Notes under the pieces: model-generated
What the model saw: the letters and a program-made list of their open reading frames with translations, nothing else
Databases searched by the model: none
What the model was told of the DNA's origin: nothing
From: Opitutia bacterium
Lineage (GTDB): Bacteria; Verrucomicrobiota; Verrucomicrobiia; Opitutales; Seribacteraceae
Reading direction: 5' to 3'
Length of the DNA: 64,000 nt
Assembly: GCA_002730975.1 (NCBI GenBank)
Contig: PCBO01000062.1
Location: forward strand, 213 to 64,212
Program-made: the position numbers and the translations under genes
Shown here: piece by piece, positions 58,405 through 64,000 of the stretch
How the letters are laid out: each line of letters opens with the position of its first letter
How positions within the stretch are numbered: the stretch's first letter is position 1

Positions 58405-58689
58405 TCAATATTCGCAGTTCAATTCGAGTATACGACCACTCTCGAGATGAACCACTATCTGAACTGGGCGACCGTCAATTGAAACCACTTCCACTTTTGG
58501 TCCACCGTCCTCCTCGTAAAGAAGTGCAGATTCTCTCGGAATAGCGGCAGATTCAACAGATAGTTGATCATCGGTAGAATCCTCAGGAGACACAGATTCT
58601 TGATCTAGGTAAGAACGAAAGGAACCAATGCCCTCATCCTCTAGTGCGGGATGCCCCGAATCCGATCTTCCTGTAAGATAATTTTCCAC
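58405..58689 (-). CDS. hypothetical acidic 94-aa protein at the end of the fliA-motAB unit
   Basis: Begins 29 nt after the motB stop. Disordered acidic N-terminal part and a short beta-rich C-terminus (VEVVSIDGRPVQIVVHLESGRILELNCEY). No family recognised. Confidence 0.45.
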   Translation of the reverse strand: MENYLTGRSDSGHPALEDEGIGSFRSYLDQESVSPEDSTDDQLSVESAAIPRESALLYEEDGGPKVEVVSIDGRPVQIVVHLESGRILELNCEY

Positions 58690-58718
58690 AATCAGACGAA
58701 AAGCAAGTTCTGTTCCAA

Positions 58719-59612
58719 CTAGAGTTTTGGGTATTGAGCAAGGCTTTCCTTACTCTTGTCGACAACAAGACTCAATTCAACACGCCTGTTCTTATCGGGA
58801 CGGTTCGGGAACCGTTTATTGGGCAAAGTGGAACCGTGCCCTTTCAATCCCTCCATTTTGGCCAAAAGATCGCTATTTCCCCCTATCGGTGCCGTAGAGT
58901 AAGTCAAATGATTCAAAACCTCGTAAGCCTGATCCAGGGACATTTTCCACTCTGCCAGTTTAGCCTGATCAAAATCAGACAGTTTGCTGTATTGGTTTAC
59001 GGGAGAGGCGGAAGGATTTAGTATTAAATTGGCAAGTTGCCCTGCCCTTCCATCGGGAAGATGATTAGTATGGGAATCGACTCGAGAAATAAGCAAATGT
59101 CGATCCAATAACCAAGCCATTTGATTAACAACTTTGCGTCCAAATGAGGTTAACTTAGGAGAAGACTGTTCAAAGAGGGGTTTATCATCGCCATGAAAAA
59201 TAGTCACATGAATCCGTTCATTAGCGACTTCGATTTGAATGATTTCATCATCTAGCTCATGCTGCTTAAGCGTAGCGTACCAGTCCTTTGCTATCCGATG
59301 AAGGATATCAACATCGATATTCGAGGTTTCATCAGTGTTGCGCATTGTGGTGTCTGAACGACCTACAATTTGATCAACCATGCTACCCGGTCTAGCATCT
59401 TTCTGTTCGACGGGAGTTGATTTGGGTACACCGGCCATGTAAGGATCTCTGAAAAAGCGAGTTGTCGCAATAATTACCTCCTCATCCTGCGAAAGAATCC
59501 AAAGAACAAGAAACAGAGACATCATCCCCGTTACGAAATCAGCATAGGCGACCTTCCACGCCCCTCCATGACTTCCGGATCGACGTTTGAGAAAAAAGGT
59601 AAATTGCTTCAT
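58719..59612 (-). CDS. motB: flagellar stator protein MotB
   Basis: WKVAYADFVTGMMSLFLVLWIL contains the conserved plug/TM Asp. Divergent OmpA-like C-terminus ending NRRVELSLVV. Follows motA. Confidence 0.85.
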   Translation of the reverse strand: MKQFTFFLKRRSGSHGGAWKVAYADFVTGMMSLFLVLWILSQDEEVIIATTRFFRDPYMAGVPKSTPVEQKDARPGSMVDQIVGRSDTTMRNTDETSNIDVDILHRIAKDWYATLKQHELDDEIIQIEVANERIHVTIFHGDDKPLFEQSSPKLTSFGRKVVNQMAWLLDRHLLISRVDSHTNHLPDGRAGQLANLILNPSASPVNQYSKLSDFDQAKLAEWKMSLDQAYEVLNHLTYSTAPIGGNSDLLAKMEGLKGHGSTLPNKRFPNRPDKNRRVELSLVVDKSKESLAQYPKL

Positions 59613-59641
59613 TTACTGATCCGCGCCAAACAAGTTATAAA

Positions 59642-60502
59642 TTAAACGCCCTTGGCGGCTTCCTTGCACATCTCCTCTAATTCGTCGGCTGAAGGTTGCA
59701 TTGCGGAACCAAGCGACCGACGACCGATTTCAACCGCCATAATGGGAGAAAGTCCAGTAGCAAATCCAGTAACGGAACGCTCCACGATACGAAAGTACAA
59801 GAATTCATCTTGTTGATTTAGTTGTACAAGTTTGGCCAATGGTATCCCAATGCCATAAGCTAGGAAAATACCCAAGAAAGTTCCACTAAGCGCTGCAGCA
59901 ACTTTGCCCCCGACGGCTTGCGGATCCTCTAAATTAGACATGGTATTAATAATTCCGAGAACCGCTGCCACGATACCAACTCCCGGAAGTGCATCGGCAA
60001 GCATCTCGATCGCCTTGACGGAACGGCTGGCCTCATCTTCGCGACTATGGAGCTCCGATTTAAGGATGCCCCCGATCTCGGCAGGTTTACACCGTCCATC
60101 CACTATTGGGCGCAATGAATTGCAGAGAAACTCGACTAAGCGAGCATCAGTGAGAAAGGAGGGGTATTTAGTGAAAATGGAGCTATTTTGAGGATCACTT
60201 ACATGTTCATCTAGGGCTGGAGTCCCCTTGCGTCGGCCAAGCATAAAGAGTTCGTAAAGCAAGACCAGCAAATCAATGAACTTTCCCTTATTGGATATGC
60301 CTCCCTTGAAGGCTTTTTTTATGTCGACGGATAGACCGACAAGTACGGATTTGGGACTAGAAACAACGACAATGCCCAAGCCTATACCGCAGATAATAAC
60401 AATCTCGCCAAGGTGAACGAGCATCATGGGAGCTCCCCCCGCCATCATGAAACCGCCAAGGCAGGACGCGAATACGATTATAATACCAACTATAAGTAGC
60501 AT
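59642..60502 (-). CDS. motA: flagellar stator protein MotA
   Basis: Four TM segments. ALPGVGIVAAVLGII and ALSGTFLGIFLAYG helices typical of MotA. Adjacent to motB. Confidence 0.9.
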   Translation of the reverse strand: MLLIVGIIIVFASCLGGFMMAGGAPMMLVHLGEIVIICGIGLGIVVVSSPKSVLVGLSVDIKKAFKGGISNKGKFIDLLVLLYELFMLGRRKGTPALDEHVSDPQNSSIFTKYPSFLTDARLVEFLCNSLRPIVDGRCKPAEIGGILKSELHSREDEASRSVKAIEMLADALPGVGIVAAVLGIINTMSNLEDPQAVGGKVAAALSGTFLGIFLAYGIGIPLAKLVQLNQQDEFLYFRIVERSVTGFATGLSPIMAVEIGRRSLGSAMQPSADELEEMCKEAAKGV

Positions 60503-60504
60503 GG

Positions 60505-61344
60505 TTAAATCTTGATGTTGATTTGAGAAAGAGTTCGGAAATGACTTCGAAGGGAAATAATAGTATGCGATAGAATCTGGCTGATTCGCCCTTCGGTCAA
60601 GCCAAAGATTTGTGCAATTTCAGCCAGCTTCATCTCCTCATAATAATATAGAGCAAGAATTTTCTTCTGTTGATCAGGCAATTCCCTTATACGATCCCTC
60701 AATAGAGCAACGCGCTCGCGGCTTTCCGTTTGTTCTAGAGCATCTGTCTCAGTAGGGTCGGAGAGAACATCGGATAGAGTGCCTGGAGCACCACTATCAC
60801 TGGCATTCGAATCAATCGGGGCATCCAAGGGGACGAAAGTGACTGGCTGAGTCTCCTTCAGGAGTTTCCGGTATTCGTTCACGTCAACCTTTAGCTCTTC
60901 GCGAACTTCGTCCTCACTGACTGGTCTTTGGTATTTAGACTCCAGTTCTGCTATCGTGGCCTGTAGAGATCGAGCCTTAGCCCGGTTGGCTCTAGGAAGG
61001 CAATCGATACGGCGCAGTTCATCAAGAAGAGATCCTTTGATCCGCAAGCCAGCATAACTTCCAAAGGAACGCCCCTTTGACGGGTCGAATTGGTTGACTG
61101 CTAGAACTAGTGCCTTGGCACCAATACCGTACAAGTCTTCGGATTCAACGGTATCCGGAAAGTGGTGCCGCATGCGTGAGACGATCGATTTGACCAGAGG
61201 TAGATAGTTTTCAATTAGTTTCTCTCGCTCTTTCTCGTCACCCATAGTGCGCTTGTACAAACGAGCAGCTTCTCGAAGGCGATCCTCAGACGAGACACTG
61301 ATTCCTCTTGTGGAGATTTTGGCGACTTTTGCAGGGAGACTCAT
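60505..61344 (-). CDS. fliA: flagellar sigma factor FliA (sigma-28)
   Basis: Region 2 (YLPLVKSIVSRM, DLYGIGAKALVLAVNQFDP..G..F..YA..RI.G...DELRR) and region 4 (LYYYEEMKLAEIAQIFGLTEGRISQI). Located between flhF and motA. Confidence 0.9.
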   Translation of the reverse strand: MSLPAKVAKISTRGISVSSEDRLREAARLYKRTMGDEKEREKLIENYLPLVKSIVSRMRHHFPDTVESEDLYGIGAKALVLAVNQFDPSKGRSFGSYAGLRIKGSLLDELRRIDCLPRANRAKARSLQATIAELESKYQRPVSEDEVREELKVDVNEYRKLLKETQPVTFVPLDAPIDSNASDSGAPGTLSDVLSDPTETDALEQTESRERVALLRDRIRELPDQQKKILALYYYEEMKLAEIAQIFGLTEGRISQILSHTIISLRSHFRTLSQINIKI

Positions 61345-61356
61345 GAGCAGTCAGAA

Positions 61357-61719
61357 CTAGGCGGAAGTGTCCACTCCGGGTTCAACGCCAGCAGCAGCCT
61401 CAGTTGTAGCTTGTGCAGAGGCTTGCACAGCGAGCGCCTCGGGTGTCGGATTACTTTTAAAAATCTCCGGCGGTATATTGTTACCATCAATGGCAGGATT
61501 CTGTCCCTGCTCCTCTCCAAGGGTAGAAGTGCTTGCAACTAAGGAACGCAAAACAGTACCAAGAAGAATCCGCCCTCCAACGCCGAGCACAAGACATCCA
61601 ATGCTACCTCTCAAAAGAGCATCGAATGCATTACCGGTAAGGATCCATCCCAACGAAAAGAATAGTACGAATCCAGCAAATCCGCAGAGACAAAAAAAGA
61701 AGCGAGCATCGTTGTTCAT
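61357..61719 (-). CDS. hypothetical small membrane protein (2 TM + disordered tail) in the slot usually occupied by flhG
   Basis: Tightly packed: 3 nt after flhF and 12 nt before fliA. Two hydrophobic helices (FFFCLCGFAGFVLFFSLGWIL, GCLVLGVGGRILLGTVL). No P-loop. Confidence 0.5.
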   Translation of the reverse strand: MNNDARFFFCLCGFAGFVLFFSLGWILTGNAFDALLRGSIGCLVLGVGGRILLGTVLRSLVASTSTLGEEQGQNPAIDGNNIPPEIFKSNPTPEALAVQASAQATTEAAAGVEPGVDTSA

Positions 61720-61722
61720 TTA

Positions 61723-62859
61723 TTAAGAGGAACGCCGACTTATTCCTCGAGCATAGAGTTGCTCGGGGAAAGTACGAGCGATAAGTTGATTTAAGACATT
61801 TGTCGAAAAGTCTCCCGTGACATTTTGCCCGTGACAAACACAAAGCGGGCTTAAACCACTACGTAAAACGAGAGGCCAAAGTTTAGTCGAATTGGATAGT
61901 TCATCGAAATGAGTGAGGGCCAAATGGGTAGCCCCGAGAAGAGAAGAAAGCCGAATAACTTGATCAATGACTGCTCGGTCATAAGCTGCGTTGACAACGA
62001 GGACACGGGTTTCGACATCAAGTAAATCGAGGGTTTCTCCAGTCTGTGTCCAGTCATCCCGATGGCTAAGAGATATGCCTGGGAAATCCAAATAAAGCGG
62101 ACTTTCATCGCTAACCTGAGGAATATTCGTGGGTTCCCGAAAAAGCGTCACCCCAACGACTTCACAAAAAATCCGGAGGGCATCATCCGGGTTAGGCACA
62201 CCATTCTCGACCTTTAGGACATGAGGAACATTCTTGTTGATGAAAACTTCGTGAGCGATGAATTTGCAAAGGGTGGTTGTCTTTCCGACGCCAGGAGGTC
62301 CAATCAATGCGATTCGATTGGAAGTCCCTTGATTATCCAAAGCACGATAGCGGTCGCTGAGCCCAACTGTAATTTCCTTAAGAGCATCCGCCAGCGGCAT
62401 TTTCTTCAACTCATTCCATTGAGCCCAAGTACGAAGGTCAGAAAGCAGAGCAGGGTCGAAACCAGCTCGACCGAGCAAACGCATTACGTCGGAATCGTTC
62501 AAATCCTCTTCGGATAAAGAAGATGGTTCTTCGGGCAGTCCCAGATCGGGAGTGACAATATCCGTAGCCTGTGATTCAGCAACCAAATCGACCTCGTTTG
62601 CGGAAAGGCTTTCTGAAGTATCAAGTACCTCGCTCTCCAGTTCTTCCCCCTCAGGAGGAATTTCAGCTATAACCTCTAATTTCGGAGAGGAAATAAATTT
62701 GGCCAAGCCTTGACCACCGACTTGTCGCACAGAGATTACACGAGCTTCAGGACCAAGCTTACGCTGAATGACTCGGACAGCTTCATCTGCTGAACGAACA
62801 ATGATACGATATTTTTTTCCCGCCTTCCGCTCGGTATTTTCTTCAATAACAGTACTCAC
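61723..62859 (-). CDS. flhF: flagellar biosynthesis SRP-type GTPase FlhF
   Basis: LIGPPGVGKTTT (G1), DFPG and TH.DE motifs. N-terminal B-domain. Follows flhA. Confidence 0.9.
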   Translation of the reverse strand: MSTVIEENTERKAGKKYRIIVRSADEAVRVIQRKLGPEARVISVRQVGGQGLAKFISSPKLEVIAEIPPEGEELESEVLDTSESLSANEVDLVAESQATDIVTPDLGLPEEPSSLSEEDLNDSDVMRLLGRAGFDPALLSDLRTWAQWNELKKMPLADALKEITVGLSDRYRALDNQGTSNRIALIGPPGVGKTTTLCKFIAHEVFINKNVPHVLKVENGVPNPDDALRIFCEVVGVTLFREPTNIPQVSDESPLYLDFPGISLSHRDDWTQTGETLDLLDVETRVLVVNAAYDRAVIDQVIRLSSLLGATHLALTHFDELSNSTKLWPLVLRSGLSPLCVCHGQNVTGDFSTNVLNQLIARTFPEQLYARGISRRSS

Positions 62860-62880
62860 AAAAGTTCCAAGTTAAGGTTT

Positions 62881-64000
62881 TTAGGCAGCTAGAACGGGTG
62901 AACCTTCGGACTGCAACTGCCTGTTTTCTTCCATCGCTTGAGTAATATCCGCTGGTAAAGCCTGTTCCGGAAGAGCGATGGCGCCGAAAGGCTCGATAAT
63001 CGTTTCGGCAGGGAGTTCCTGATAGGCGATAACGGAAAGCTGAGGGTATGAGGGTTCCATAAATCGACGGAACGCCAACCTTAGTTCCGAGGTCGTAACA
63101 ATTATTGGCGTAAGGCCTTGTTCCAACATTTCTTTAATCTTGGGCTCCATTTCTCCCACAATGCCCTCGGTCAGCTGGGGGTCCATTGAGAGTCCGATAT
63201 CAAACTGACTTCTTTTAACACGAGAAATTAGAATCTGCTCCAGTCGGGGTTCAAACGTCATTGCAAGAAGCTTGCCTGGCTCCACTTCGTAATCCTTAAC
63301 AAAGTACATTCCTAGGCGCTTGCGAGCCTGCTCGGACAAATCGTCAGGATTCTTGGTGATCCCCGCCATATCCGCAATTGTTTCTAAAATTAGCGTAAGA
63401 TTCTTAATTGGAACTCTCTCTCGTAAGAGATTTTGTAAGGTACGTTGAATAATCCCAATAGTAACGAGATCCGGAAGCAATTCGCTAACCAATGTCGGAT
63501 TCCGTTCTTTCACTAAATCCACTAGCTGCTGCGTCCCCTCTCGTTCGAGGATAAGGTATGCATTCTTCTTAAGGGTATCAGATAGATGCGTGACCAGAAC
63601 CGATGAAGGATCGACCACTGTACATCCCTCTATTTCAGCATTCCGACGCTCATCCTCTGCAATCCACAATGCCTCTATGCCGAAAACGGGTTCCACGGTA
63701 GGAATTCCATCGAGCTTACCAGTCTCACCCCCACCCATGTTCATCGCCAGAACTCTTTCAGGCAATACAGAAGATCGAGCGATTTCCTTGCCGCGTAAGA
63801 GTAAACGGTACTCATTAGGCTCAAGTTCAATATTATCGCGAACACCAATCGTTGGCAACAACATGCCCATTTCCTTGGCAAAATTGGTACGTGCACCAGT
63901 AATTCGTTCCAAAAGGTCTCCTCCCTTTTTCTTGTCAGCCAAGACCAACAGACCATATCCCATTTCAAGACCGAACACCTCTTGTTCAATTGCCGATTCC
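62881..64000 (-). CDS. flhA: flagellar export apparatus protein FlhA (C-terminal part; 5' end lies beyond the window)
   Basis: LEMGYGLLVLAD, FAKEMG...P.I.VRDN and the cytoplasmic-domain motifs. The frame stays open upstream of the track start through nt 64000. Confidence 0.9.
   Translation of the reverse strand, partial: ESAIEQEVFGLEMGYGLLVLADKKKGGDLLERITGARTNFAKEMGMLLPTIGVRDNIELEPNEYRLLLRGKEIARSSVLPERVLAMNMGGGETGKLDGIPTVEPVFGIEALWIAEDERRNAEIEGCTVVDPSSVLVTHLSDTLKKNAYLILEREGTQQLVDLVKERNPTLVSELLPDLVTIGIIQRTLQNLLRERVPIKNLTLILETIADMAGITKNPDDLSEQARKRLGMYFVKDYEVEPGKLLAMTFEPRLEQILISRVKRSQFDIGLSMDPQLTEGIVGEMEPKIKEMLEQGLTPIIVTTSELRLAFRRFMEPSYPQLSVIAYQELPAETIIEPFGAIALPEQALPADITQAMEENRQLQSEGSPVLAA

Noticed and set aside
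45621-64000. Search for sigma-28 promoters (TAAA-N15-GCCGATAA) in the flagellar gaps and in front of pseB and maf.
   Set aside because: No convincing match was found. The best is GGCGATGA near 29790 on the minus strand, at 6 of 8 positions and without a properly spaced -35 element. Class-III targets such as flagellin are outside the window.

Overview
This is a contiguous chromosomal segment with no rRNA, tRNA, CRISPR, transposase, integrase or recognisable defence genes. The gene content suggests a PVC-superphylum bacterium, probably Verrucomicrobiota-like. The evidence is a Pirellula/Verrucomicrobium-type 'membrane-bound dehydrogenase + cytochrome c' giant, Tat-signal xylose-isomerase-like TIM barrels, and prenyltransferase-like alpha/alpha-toroid modules. 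This taxonomic placement is an inference only.

Layout, left to right:
- 0-9 kb: envelope and redox ORFs.
- 9.1-13.5 kb: type IIA topoisomerase pair (parC/parE-like).
- 14.2-21.8 kb: a complete thiamine operon on the minus strand (thiC-thiS-tenI-like-thiE-thiG-thiH-thiF-thiD) behind a clear TPP riboswitch.
- 21.8-25.5 kb: sugar-acid uptake and oxidation genes.
- 25.5-27.2 kb: dprA and a MOSC-domain gene.
- 27.2-64 kb: a motility super-locus. It holds an orphan sigma-70 region-4 mini-protein, pseudaminic-acid genes pseB-pseI with a divergent Maf-type gene, and a five-gene translationally coupled operon of unknown function (DUF1015, orf134, MGDG-synthase-like GT, SCP2-like orf229, class-III aminotransferase). 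It also holds a TPR-ExbB-ExbD-giant-protein module and two tightly packed flagellar operons. These are flgF-flgG-flgA-flgH-flgI-flgJ(rod-binding only)-flgN-flgK-flgL-fliW-csrA and flhA-flhF-orf120-fliA-motA-motB-orf94.

Most interesting candidates:
1. The ExbB/ExbD module, paired with a 1413-aa TonB-like giant and a 1038-aa TPR protein.
2. The extremely enlarged hook-associated proteins FlgK and FlgL, which carry CBM5/12-like repeats.
3. The coupled DUF1015/GT/SCP2-like/aminotransferase operon.
4. The stand-alone sigma-70 region-4 protein.

All family calls come from motif recognition by eye. No searches were run.
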